Shown piece after piece: positions 52,401 to 64,000 of a stretch of DNA of 64,000 nucleotides. This DNA comes from Eledone cirrhosa. Its lineage: Eukaryota. Below the pieces are notes generated by a model. The model saw only the letters and a program-made list of their open reading frames with translations, ran no database searches and was not told where the DNA came from. Numbering within the stretch: the stretch's first letter is position 1; every line of letters begins with the position of its first letter. The translations under genes and the position numbers were made by a program. Location of the stretch: assembly GCA_964016885.1 (NCBI GenBank), contig OZ024741.1:415090001-415154000 (forward strand), read 5' to 3'.

Positions 52401-55400
52401 ACCAGCTGTATCTGCCCAGAAATCCCTCACCTCTTTCTGTTCAAACCAGCTGTATCTGCCCAGAATTCTCTCACCTCATTCTGTTCAAACCAGCTGTATC
52501 TGCCCAGAATTCCCTCACTTCTTTCTGTTCAAACCAGCTGTATCTGCCCAGAAATCCCTCACCTCTTTCTGTTCAAACCAGCTGTATCTGCCCAGAATTC
52601 TCTCACCTCATTCTGTTCAAACCAGCTGTATCTGCCCAGAATTCCCTCACCTCTTTCTTTTCAAACCAGCTGTATCTGACCAGAATTCTCTCACTTCTTT
52701 CTGTTAAAACCAGCTGTATCTGGCCAGAATTCTCTCACTTCTTTCTGTTCAAACCAGCTGTATCTGACCAGAATTCTCTCACCTCTTTCTGTTCAAACCA
52801 GCAGTATCTGCCCAGAATTCTCTCACCTCTTTCTATTCAAACCAGCTGTATCTGGCCAGAATTCTCTCACTTCTTTCTGTTTAAACCAGCTGTATCTGGC
52901 CAGAATTCTCTCACCTCTTTCTGTTCAAACCAGCCGTATCTGCCCAGAATTCCCTCACCTCATTCTGTTCAAACCATCTGTATCTGACCAGAATTCCCTC
53001 TCCTCTTTCTGTTTAAACCATCTGTATCTGCCCAGAATTCTGTCACTTCTTTCTGTTCAAACCAGCTGTATCTGCCCAGAATTCCCTCACCTCTTTCTGT
53101 TTACACCTTCTGTATATGCCCAGAATTTTCTCACCTCTTTCTGTTCAAAGCAGCTGTATCTGCCCAGAATTCCCTCACTTCTTCCTGTTGAAACCAGCTG
53201 TATCTGCCCAGAATTCCCTCACCTCTTTCTGTTCAAACCAGCTGTATCTGGCCAGAATTCCCTCACCTCTTTCTGTTCAAATCATCTGTATCTGCCCAGA
53301 ATTCTCTCACTTCTTTCTGTTCAAACCAGCGATATCTGCCCAGAATTCCCTCACCTCTTTCTGTTCAAACCAGCTGTATCTGACCAGAATTCTCTCACTT
53401 CATTCTGTTCAAACCAGCTGTATCTGACCAGAATTCTCTCACCTCTTTCTTTTCAAACCAGCTGTATCTGCCCAGAATTCTCTCACCTGTTTCTGTTCAA
53501 ATCAGCTGCATCTGGTCAGAATTCTCTCACTTCTTTCTGTTTAAACCAGCTGTATCTGGTCAGAATTCTTTCACTTCTTTCTGTTCAAACCAGCTGTATC
53601 TGACCAGAATTCCCTCACCTCTTTCTGTTCAAACCAGCTGTTTCTGCCCAGAATTCCCTCACTTCTTTCTGTTCAAACCAGCTGTATCTGCCCAGACTTC
53701 CCTCACCTCTTTCTGTTCACAACAGCTGTATCTGCCCAGAATTCCCTCACTTCTTTCTGTTCAAACCAGCTGTATCTGCCCAGAATTCTCTCACCTGTTT
53801 ATGTTCAAACCAGCTGTATCTGGTCAGAATTCTCTCACTTCTTTCTGTTTAAACCAGCTGTATCTGGCCAGAATTCTCTCAATTTATTTCTGTTCACACC
53901 AGCTGTATCTGACCAGAATTCCCTCACCTCTTTCTGTTCAAACCAGCTGTATCTGACCAGAATTCTCTCACTTCTTTCTGTTCAAACCAGCTGTATCTGC
54001 CCAGAATTCCCTCACCTCTTTCTGTTCAAACCAGCCGTATCTGCCCAGAATTCTCTTACCTCTTTCTGTTCAAACCAGCTGTATCTGCCCAGAATTCCCT
54101 CACCTCTTTCTGTTCAAACCAGCTGTATCTGACCAGAATTCTCTCACCTGTTTCTGTTCAAACCAGCTTTATCTGGCCAGAATTTTCTCACTTCTTTCTG
54201 TTCAAACCAGCTGTGTCTGACCAGAATTCTCTCACTTCTTTCTGTTCAAACCATCTGTATCTGACCAGAAGTCCCTCTCCTCTTTCTGTTTAAACCATCT
54301 GTATCTGCCCAGAATTCTGTCACTTCTTTCTGTTCAAACCAGCTGTATCTGACCAGAATTCTCTCACTTCATTCTGTTCAACCCAGCTGTATCTGACCAG
54401 AATTCTCTCACCTCTTTCTGTTCAAACCAGCTGTATCTGCCCAGAATTTCCTCACTTATTTCTGTTCAAACCAGCTGTATCTGCCCAGACTTCCCTCACC
54501 TCTTTCTGTTCACAACAGCTGTATCTGCCCAGAATTCCCTCACTTCTTTCTGTTCAAACCAGCTTCTCTGCCCAGAATTCTCTCACCTGTTTATGTTCAA
54601 ACCAGCTGTATCTGGTCAGAATGCTCTCACTTCTTTCTGTTTAAACCAGCTGTATCTGGCCAGAATTCTCTCAATTTATTTCTGTTCACACCAGCTGTAT
54701 CTGACCAGAATTCCCTCACCTCTTTCTGTTCAAACCAGCTGTATCTGACCAGAATTCTCTCACTTCTTTCTGTTCAAACCAGCTGTATCTGCCCAGAATT
54801 CCCTCACCTCTTTCTGTTCAAACCAGCCGTATCTGCCCAGAATTCTCTTACCTCTTTCTGTTCAAACCAGCTGTATCTGCCCAGAATTCCCTCACCTCTT
54901 TCTGTTCAAACCAGCTGTATCTGACCAGAATTCTCTCACCTGTTTCTGTTCAAACCAGCTTTATCTGGCCAGAATTTTCTCACTTCTTTCTGTTCAAACC
55001 AGCTGTGTCTGACCAGAATTCTCTCACTTCTTTCTGTTCAAACCATCTGTATCTGACCAGAAGTCCCTCTCCTCTTTCTGTTTAAACCATCTGTATCTGC
55101 CCAGAATTCTGTCACTTCTTTCTGTTCAAACCAGCTGTATCTGACCAGAATTCTCTCACTTCATTCTGTTCAACCCAGCTGTATCTGACCAGAATTCTCT
55201 CACCTCTTTCTGTTCAAACCAGCTGTATCTGCCCAGAATTTCCTCACTTATTTCTGTTCAAACCAGCTGTATCTGCCCAGAAATCCCTCACCTCTTTCTG
55301 TTTAAACCAGCTGTATCTGGCCAGAATTCCCTCACTTCTTTCTGTTTAAACCTTCTGTATATGCCCACAATTTTCTCACCTCTTTCTGTTCAAACCAGCT

Positions 55401-58400
55401 GTATCTGACCAGAATTCTCTCACCTATTTCTGTTTAAACCAGCCATATCTGCCCAGAATTCCCTCACCTCTTTCTGTTCAAACCAGCTGTATCTGACCAG
55501 AATTCTCTCACTTCTTTCTTTTCAAACCAGCTGTATCTGCCCAGAATTCTCTCACCTCTTTCTGTTCAAACCAGCTGTGTCTGCCCAGAATTCCCTCACC
55601 TCTTTTTGTTCAAACCAGCTCTATCTGACCAGCATTCCCTCACCTCTTTCTGTTCAAACCAGCTGTATCTGGCCAGAATTCTCTTACCTCTTTCTGTTCA
55701 AACCAGCTGTATCTGCCCAGAATTCCCTCACTTCTTTCTGTTCAAACCAGCTGTATCTGCCCAGAGTTCCCTCACCTCTTTCTGTTCAAACCAGCTCTAT
55801 TAGACCAGCATTCCCTCACCTCTTTCTGTTCAAACCAGCTGTATCTGGCCAGAATTCCCTCACCTCTTTCTGTTTAAACCAGCTGTATCTGGCCAGAATT
55901 CTCTCACTTGTTTCTGTTCAAACCAGCTGTATCTGGTCAGAATTCTCTCACTTATTTCCGTTTAAACCAGCTGTATCTGGCCAGATTTCTCTCACTTCTT
56001 TTTATTCAAACCAGCTGTATATGACCAGAATTCTCTCACTTCTTTCTGTTCCAACCAGCTGTATCTGCCCAGAATTCCTTCTCCTCTTTCTGTTCAAACC
56101 AGCTGTATCTGACCAGAATTCCCTCTCCTCTTTCTGTTTAAACCATCTGTATCTGCCCAGAATTCTGTCACTTCTTTCTGTTCAAACCAGCTTTATCTGG
56201 CCAGAATTTTCTCACTTCTTTCTGTTCAAACCAGCTGTGTCTGACCAGAATTCTCTCACTTCTTTCTGTTCAAACCATCTGTATCTGACCAGAAGTCCCT
56301 CTCCTCTTTCTGTTTAAACCATCTGTATCTGCCCAGAATTCTGTCACTTCTTTCTGTTCAAACCAGCTGTATCTGACCAGAATTCTCTCACTTCATTCTG
56401 TTCAACCCAGCTGTATCTGACCAGAATTCTCTCACCTCTTTCTGTTCAAACCAGCTGTATCTGCCCAGAATTTCCTCACTTATTTCTGTTCAAACCAGCT
56501 GTATCTGCCCAGACTTCCCTCACCTCTTTCTGTTCACAACAGCTGTATCTGCCCAGAATTCCCTCACTTCTTTCTGTTCAAACCAGCTTCTCTGCCCAGA
56601 ATTCTCTCACCTGTTTATGTTCAAACCAGCTGTATCTGGTCAGAATGCTCTCACTTCTTTCTGTTTAAACCAGCTGTATCTGGCCAGAATTCTCTCAATT
56701 TATTTCTGTTCACACCAGCTGTATCTGACCAGAATTCCCTCACCTCTTTCTGTTCAAACCAGCTGTATCTGACCAGAATTCTCTCACTTCTTTCTGTTCA
56801 AACCAGCTGTATCTGCCCAGAATTCCCTCACCTCTTTCTGTTCAAACCAGCCGTATCTGCCCAGAATTCTCTTACCTCTTTCTGTTCAAACCAGCTGTAT
56901 CTGCCCAGAATTCCCTCACCTCTTTCTGTTCAAACCAGCTGTATCTGACCAGAATTCTCTCACCTGTTTCTGTTCAAACCAGCTTTATCTGGCCAGAATT
57001 TTCTCACTTCTTTCTGTTCAAACCAGCTGTGTCTGACCAGAATTCTCTCACTTCTTTCTGTTCAAACCATCTGTATCTGACCAGAAGTCCCTCTCCTCTT
57101 TCTGTTTAAACCATCTGTATCTGCCCAGAATTCTGTCACTTCTTTCTGTTCAAACCAGCTGTATCTGACCAGAATTCTCTCACTTCATTCTGTTCAACCC
57201 AGCTGTATCTGACCAGAATTCTCTCACCTCTTTCTGTTCAAACCAGCTGTATCTGCCCAGAATTTCCTCACTTATTTCTGTTCAAACCAGCTGTATCTGC
57301 CCAGAAATCCCTCACCTCTTTCTGTTTAAACCAGCTGTATCTGGCCAGAATTCCCTCACTTCTTTCTGTTTAAACCTTCTGTATATGCCCACAATTTTCT
57401 CACCTCTTTCTGTTCAAACCAGCTGTATCTGACCAGAATTCTCTCACCTATTTCTGTTTAAACCAGCCATATCTGCCCAGAATTCCCTCACCTCTTTCTG
57501 TTCAAACCAGCTGTATCTGACCAGAATTCTCTCACTTCTTTCTTTTCAAACCAGCTGTATCTGCCCAGAATTCTCTCACCTCTTTCTGTTCAAACCAGCT
57601 GTGTCTGCCCAGAATTCCCTCACCTCTTTTTGTTCAAACCAGCTCTATCTGACCAGCATTCCCTCACCTCTTTCTGTTCAAACCAGCTGTATCTGGCCAG
57701 AATTCTCTTACCTCTTTCTGTTCAAACCAGCTGTATCTGCCCAGAATTCCCTCACTTCTTTCTGTTCAAACCAGCTGTATCTGCCCAGAGTTCCCTCACC
57801 TCTTTCTGTTCAAACCAGCTCTATTAGACCAGCATTCCCTCACCTCTTTCTGTTCAAACCAGCTGTATCTGGCCAGAATTCCCTCACCTCTTTCTGTTTA
57901 AACCAGCTGTATCTGGCCAGAATTCTCTCACTTGTTTCTGTTCAAACCAGCTGTATCTGGTCAGAATTCTCTCACTTATTTCCGTTTAAACCAGCTGTAT
58001 CTGGCCAGATTTCTCTCACTTCTTTTTATTCAAACCAGCTGTATATGACCAGAATTCTCTCACTTCTTTCTGTTCAAACCAGCTGTATCTGCCCAGAATT
58101 CCTTCTCCTCTTTCTGTTCAAACCAGCTGTATCTGACCAGAATTCCCTCTCCTCTTTCTGTTTAAACCATCTGTATCTGCCCAGAATTCTGTCACTTCTT
58201 TCTGTTCAAACCAGCTGTATCTGCCCAGAATTCCCTCACCGCTTTCTGTTCAAACCAGCTGTATCTGCCCAGAATTCCCTCACCTCTTTCTGTTTAAACC
58301 TTCTGTATATGCCCAGAATGTTCTCACCTCTTTCTGTTCAAAGCAGCTGTATCTGCCCAGAATTCCCTCACTTCTTTCTGTTCAAACCAGCTGTATCTGA

Positions 58401-61400
58401 CCAGAATTCCCTCACCTCTTTCTGTTTACACCTTCTGTATATGCCCAGAATTTTCTCACCTCTTTCTGTTCAAAGCAGCTGTATCTGCCCAGAATTCCCT
58501 CACTTCTTTCTGTTCAAACCAGCTGTATCTGCCCAGAATTCCCTCACCTCTTTCTGTTCAAACCAGCTGTATCTGGCCAGAATTCCCTCACCTCTTTCTG
58601 TTCAAATCATCTGTATCTGCCCAGAATTCTCTCACCTCTTTCTGTTCAAACCAGCTGTATCTGACCAGAATTCTCTCACTTCATTCTGTTCAAACCAGCT
58701 GTATCTGACCAGAATTCTCTCACCTCTTTCTGTTCAAACCAGCTGTATCTGACCAGAATTCTCTCACCTCTTTCTTTTCAAACCAGCTGTATCTGCCCAG
58801 AATTCTCTCACCTGTTTCTGTTCAAATCAGCTGCATCTGGTCAGAATTCTCTCACTTCTTTCTGTTTAAACCAGCTGTATCTGGTCAGAATTCTCTCAAT
58901 TCTTTCTGTTCAAACCAGCTGTATCTGACCAGAATTCCCTCACCTCTTTCTGTTCAAACCAGCTGTATCTGCCCAGAATTCCCTCACTCTTTCTGTTCAC
59001 AACAGCTGTATCTGCCCAGAATTCCCTCACTTCTTTCTGTTCAAACCAGCTGTATCTGCCCAGAATTCTCTCACCTGTTTATGTTCAAACCAGCTGTATC
59101 TGGTCAGAATTCTCTCACTTCTTTCTGTTTAAACCAGCTGTATCTGGCCAGAATTCTCTCAATATATTTCTGTTCACACCAGCTGTATCTGACCAGAATT
59201 CCCTCACCTCTTTCTGTTCAAACCAGCTGTATCTGACCAGAATTCCCTCACTTCTTTCTGTTCAAACCAGCTGTATCTGCCCAGAATTCCCTCACCTCTT
59301 TCTGTTCAAACCAGCCGTATCTGCCCAGAATTCTCTTACCTCTTTCTGTTCAAACCAGCTGTATCTGCCCAGAATTCCCTCACCTCTTTCTGTTGAAACC
59401 AGCTGTTTCTGCCCGAATTCCCTCACTTCTTTCTGTTCAAACCAGCTGTATCTGCCCAGAATTCCCTCACCTCTTTCTGTTCACAACAGCTGTATCTGCC
59501 CAGAATTCCCTCACTTCTTTCTGTTCAAACCAGCTGTATCTGCCCAGAATTCTCTCACCTGTTTATGTTCAAACCAGCTGTATCTGGTCAGAATTCTCTC
59601 ACTTCTTTCTGTTTAAACCAGCTGTATCTGGCCAGAATTCTCTCAATTTATTTCTGTTCACACCAGCTGTATCTGACCAGAATTCCCTCACCTCTTTCTG
59701 TTCAAACCAGCTGTATCTGACCAGAATTCTCTCACTTCTTTCTGTTCAAACCAGCTGTATCTGCCCAGAATTCCCTCACCTCTTTCTGTTCAAACCAGCC
59801 GTATCTGCCCAGAATTCTCTTACCTCTTTCTGTTCAAACCAGCTGTATCTGCCCAGAATTCCCTCACCTCTTTCTGTTCAAACCAGCTGTATCTGACCAG
59901 AATTCTCTCACCTGTTTCTGTTCAAACCAGCTTTATCTGGCCAGAATTTTCTCACTTCTTTCTGTTCAAACCAGCTGTGTCTGACCAGAATTCTCTAACT
60001 TCTTTCTGTTCAAACCATCTGTATCTGACCAGAATTCCCTCTCCTCTTTCTGTTTAAACCATCTGTATCTGCCCAGAATTCTGTCACTTCTTTCTGTTCA
60101 AACCAGCTGTATCTGACCAGAATTCTCTCACTTCATTCTGTTCAACCCAGCTGTATCTGACCAGAATTCTCTCACCTCTTTCTGTTCAAACCAGCTGTAT
60201 CTGCCCAGAATTTCCTCACTTATTTCTGTTCAAACCAGCTGTATCTGCCCAGAAATCCCTCACCTCTTTCTGTTTAAACCAGCTGTATCTGGCCAGAATT
60301 CCCTCACTTCTTTCTGTTTAAACCTTCTGTATATGCCCACAATTTTCTCACCTCTTTCTGTTCAAACCAGCTGTATCTGACCAGAATTCTCTCACCTATT
60401 TCTGTTCAAACCAGCCATATCTGCCCAGAATTCCCTCACCTCTTTCTGTTCAAACCAGCTGTATCTGACCAGAATTCTCTCACTTCTTTCTTTTCAAACC
60501 AGCTGTATCTGCCCAGAATTCTCTCACCTCTTTCTGTTCAAACCAGCTGTGTCTGCCCAGAATTCCCTCACCTCTTTTTGTTCAAACCAGCTCTATCTGA
60601 CCAGCATTCCCTCACCTCTTTCTGTTCAAACCAGCTGTATCTGGCCAGAATTCTCTTACCTCTTTCTGTTCAAACCAGCTGTATCTGCCCAGAATTCCCT
60701 CACTTCTTTCTGTTCAAACCAGCTGTATCTGCCCAGAGTTCCCTCACCTCTTTCTGTTCAAACCAGCTCTATTAGACCAGCATTCCCTCACCTCTTTCTG
60801 TTCAAACCAGCTGTATCTGGCCAGAATTCCCTCACCTCTTTCTGTTTAAACCAGCTGTATCTGGCCAGAATTCTCTCACTTGTTTCTGTTCAAACCAGCT
60901 GTATCTGGTCAGAATTCTCTCACTTATTTCCGTTTAAACCAGCTGTATCTGGCCAGATTTCTCTCACTTCTTTTTATTCAAACCAGCTGTATATGACCAG
61001 AATTCTCTCACTTCTTTCTGTTCAAACCAGCTGTATCTGCCCAGAATTCCTTCTCCTCTTTCTGTTCAAACCAGCTGTATCTGACCAGAATTCCCTCTCC
61101 TCTTTCTGTTTAAACCATCTGTATCTGCCCAGAATTCTGTCACTTCTTTCTGTTCAAACCAGCTGTATCTGCCCAGAATTCCCTCACCGCTTTCTGTTCA
61201 AACCAGCTGTATCTGCCCAGAATTCCCTTACCTCTTTCTGTTTAAACCTTCTGTATATGCCCAGAATGTTCTCACCTCTTTCTGTTCAAAGCAGCTGTAT
61301 CTGCCCAGAATTCCCTCACTTCTTTCTGTTCAAACCAGCTGTATCTGCCCAGAATTCCCTCACCTCTTTCTGTTCAAACCAGCTGTATCTGGCCAGAATT

Positions 61401-64000
61401 CCCTCACCTCTTTCCGTTCAAATCATCTGTATCTGCCCAGAATTCTCTCACTTCTTTCTGTTCAAACCAGCTGTATCTGACCAGAATTCCCTCACCTCTT
61501 TCTGTTTACACCTTCTGTATATGCCCAGAATTTTCTCACCTCTTTCTGTTCAAACCAGCTGTATCTGCCCAGAATTCCCTCACTTCTTTCTGTTCAAACC
61601 AGCTGTATCTGCCCAGAATTCCCTCACCTCTTTCTGTTCAAACCAGCTGTATCTGGCCAGAATTCCCTCACCTCTTTCTGTTCAAATCATCTGTATCTGC
61701 CCAGAATTCTCTCACTTCTTTCTGTTCAAACCAGCGATATCTGCCCAGAATTCCCTCACCTCTTTCTGTTCAAACCAGCTGTATCTGACCAGAATTCTCT
61801 CACTTCATTCTGTTCAAACCAGCTGTATCTGACCAGAATTCTCTCACCTCTTTCTGTTCAAACCAGCTGTATCTGACCAGAATTCTCTCACCTCTTTCTT
61901 TTCAAACCAGCTGTATCTGCCCAGAATTCTCTCACCTGTTTCTGTTCAAATCAGCTGCATCTGGTCAGAATTCTCTCACTTCTTTCTGTTTAAACCAGCT
62001 GTATCTGGTCAGAATTCTCTCACTTCTTTCTGTTCAAACCAGCTGTATGTGACCAGAATTCCCTCACCTCTTTCTGTTCAAACCAGCTGTATCTGCCCAG
62101 AATTCCCTCACCTCTTTCTGTTCACAACAGCTGTATCTGCCCAGAATTCCCTCACTTCTTTCTGTTCAAACCAGCTGTATCTGCCCAGAATTCTCTCACC
62201 TGTTTATGTTCAAACCAGCTGTATCTGGTCAGAATTCTCTCACTTCTTTCTGTTTAAACCAGCTGTATCTGGCCAGAATTCTCTCAATTTATTTCTGTTC
62301 ACACCAGCTGTATCTGACCAGAATTCCCTCACCTCTTTCTGTTCAAACCAGCTGTATCTGACCAGAATTCTCTCACTTCTTTCTGTTCAAACCAGCTGTA
62401 TCTGCCCAGAATTCCCTCACCTCTTTCTGTTCAAACCAGCCGTATCTGCCCAGAATTCTCTTACCTCTTTCTGTTCAAACCAGCTGTATCTGCCCAGAAT
62501 TCCCTCACCTCTTTCTGTTCAAACCAGCTGTATCTGACCAGAATTCTCTCATCTGTTTCTGTTCAAACCAGCTGTATCTGGCCAGAATTTTCTCACTTCT
62601 TTCTGTTCAAACCAGCTGTGTCTGACCAGAATTCTCTCACTTCTTTCTGTTCAAACCAGCTGTATCTGCCCAGAAATCCCTCACCTCTTTAGGTTCAAAC
62701 CAGCTGTATCTGCCCAGAATTCTCTCACCTCATTCTGTTCAAACCAGCTGTATCTGTCCAGAATTCCCTCACCTCTTTCTGTTCAAACCAGCCGTATCTG
62801 CCCAGAATTCCCTCACCTCTTTCTTTTTAAACCAGCTGTATCTGACCACAATTCTCTCACTTCTTTCTGTTCAAACCAGCTGTATCTGGTCAGAATTCTC
62901 TCACTTATTTCCGTTTAAACCAGCTGTATCTCGCCAGATTTCTCTCACTTCTTTTTATTCAAACCAGCTGTATCTGCCCAGAATTCCTTCTCCTCTTTCT
63001 GTTCAAACCAGCTGTATCTGACCAGAATTCCCTCTCCTCTTTCTGTTTAAACCATCTGTATCTGCCCAGAATTCTGTCACTTCTTTCTGTTCAAACCAGC
63101 TGTATCTGCCCAGAATTCCCTCACCTCTTTCTGTTTAAACCTTCTGTATATGCCCAGAATGTTCTCACCTCTTTCTGTTCAAAGCAGCTGTATCTGCCCA
63201 GAATTCCCTCACTTCTTTCTGTTCAAACCAGCTGTATCTGCCCAGAATTCCCTCACCTCTTTCTGTTCAAACCAGCTGTATCTGGCCAGAATTCCCTTAC
63301 CTCTTTCCGTTCAAATCATCTGTATCTGCCCAGAATTCTCTCACTTCTTTCTGTTCAAACTAGCTGTATCTGACCAGAATTCTCTCACTTCATTCTGTTC
63401 AAACCAGCTGTATCTGACCAGAATTCTCTCACCTCTTTCTGTTCAAACCAGCTGTATCTGCCCAGAATTCCCTCACTTCTTTCTGTTCAAACCAGCTGTA
63501 TCTGCCCAGAAATCCCTCACCTCTTTCTGTTCAAACCAGCTGTATCTGCCCAGAATTCTCTCACCTCATTCTGTTCAAACCAGCTGTATCTGCCCAGAAT
63601 TCCCTCACCTCTTTCTTTTCAAACCAGCTGTATCTGACCAGAATTCTCTCACTTCTTTCTGTTAAAACCAGCTGTATCTGGCCAGAATTCTCTCACTTCT
63701 TTCTGTTCAAACCAGCTGTATCTGACCAGAATTCTCTCACCTCTTTCTGTTCAAACCAGCAGTATCTGCCCAGAATTCTCTCACCTCTTTCTATTCAAAC
63801 CAGCTGTATCTGGCCAGAATTCTCTCACTTCTTTCTGTTTAAACCAGCTGTATCTGGCCAGAATTCTCTCACCTCTTTCTGTTCAAACCAGCCGTATCTG
63901 CCCAGAATTCCCTCACCTCATTCTGTTCAAACCATCTGTATCTGACCAGAATTCCCTCTCCTCTTTCTGTTTAAACCATCTGTATCTGCCCAGAATTCTG
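45870..64000. repeat. ~11-kb-offset segmental duplication within the array: ~45870-53040 repeated at ~56740-64000
   Basis: Offsets are 10870, 11002, 11046 and 10958 (247-251 monomers + 2 bp). Private variants found only in these two copies are the 43-bp monomers at 47972/58974 and 48412/59414, 'ctttaggttc' at 51641/62687 and 'gcagtatctg' at 52801/63759. Confidence 0.9.
54160..58210. repeat. Tandem duplication of 46 monomers (2024 bp)
   Basis: The 43-bp monomer with 'agcttctctg' is at 54530/56554, 'agaatgctctc' at 54618/56642, and ORFs at 55577/57601. Confidence 0.9.

Larger units (their letters stand above)
1..64000. repeat. Tandem satellite DNA array, 44-bp monomer (~1454 copies), single orientation, running off both window ends
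   Basis: Monomer 1-44 is cagaattccctcacttctttctgttcaaaccagctgtatctgcc and recurs every 44 bp to the end. Most copies differ by only a few substitutions. 63990 = 1454x44 + 14, and the 14 equals 23 one-base insertions minus 9 one-base deletions. Confidence 0.99.

Noticed and set aside
806-63665. Dozens of + strand ORFs, up to 427 aa (e.g. 60549-61832, 57601-58752, 20541-21677)
   Set aside because: 44 is not divisible by 3, so all three frames give the same 44-aa cyclic peptide (..FLFKPAVSAQNSLTSFCSNQLYLPRIPSPLSVQTSCICPEFPH..). ORF ends are set by chance TGA/TAA variants, starts are mostly TTG/GTG variants, and there is no domain or codon-position signal.
1-64000. CRISPR array or other repeat-spacer system
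   Set aside because: Repeats are directly adjacent with no unique spacers, and there are no cas or other genes in the window.
1-64000. Embedded transposon, unique island or strand inversion
   Set aside because: None was seen on reading through, and the 44-bp register is fully explained by 23 insertions and 9 deletions of one base each.

Overview
The whole 64-kb window is one uninterrupted, head-to-tail satellite DNA array with a 44-bp monomer. The consensus is CAGAATTC(C/T)CTCAC(C/T)TCTTTCTGTT(C/T)AAACCAGCTGTATCTG(C/A/G)C, which carries EcoRI GAATTC and PvuII CAGCTG sites. Phase bookkeeping closes exactly: the first CAG is at 1 and the last at 63991, and 63990 = 1454 x 44 + 14, matching the 23 45-bp and 9 43-bp monomers I found. 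There is therefore no sign of a hidden insertion, inversion, transposon or gene. All ORFs in the track are translation artefacts of the repeat (132-bp/44-aa periodicity). The informative signal is in the order of variant monomers. It shows nested, variable higher-order repeats (offsets of 21, 42, 46, 53, 63, 70, 84, 115, 159 and ~250 monomers), regionally confined diagnostic variants, and a palindrome-rich monomer that also resembles a 3' splice site on + and a 5' splice site on -. This looks like eukaryotic (peri)centromeric or heterochromatic satellite. I cannot name the organism or the satellite family, and I see no protein-based novel system here.
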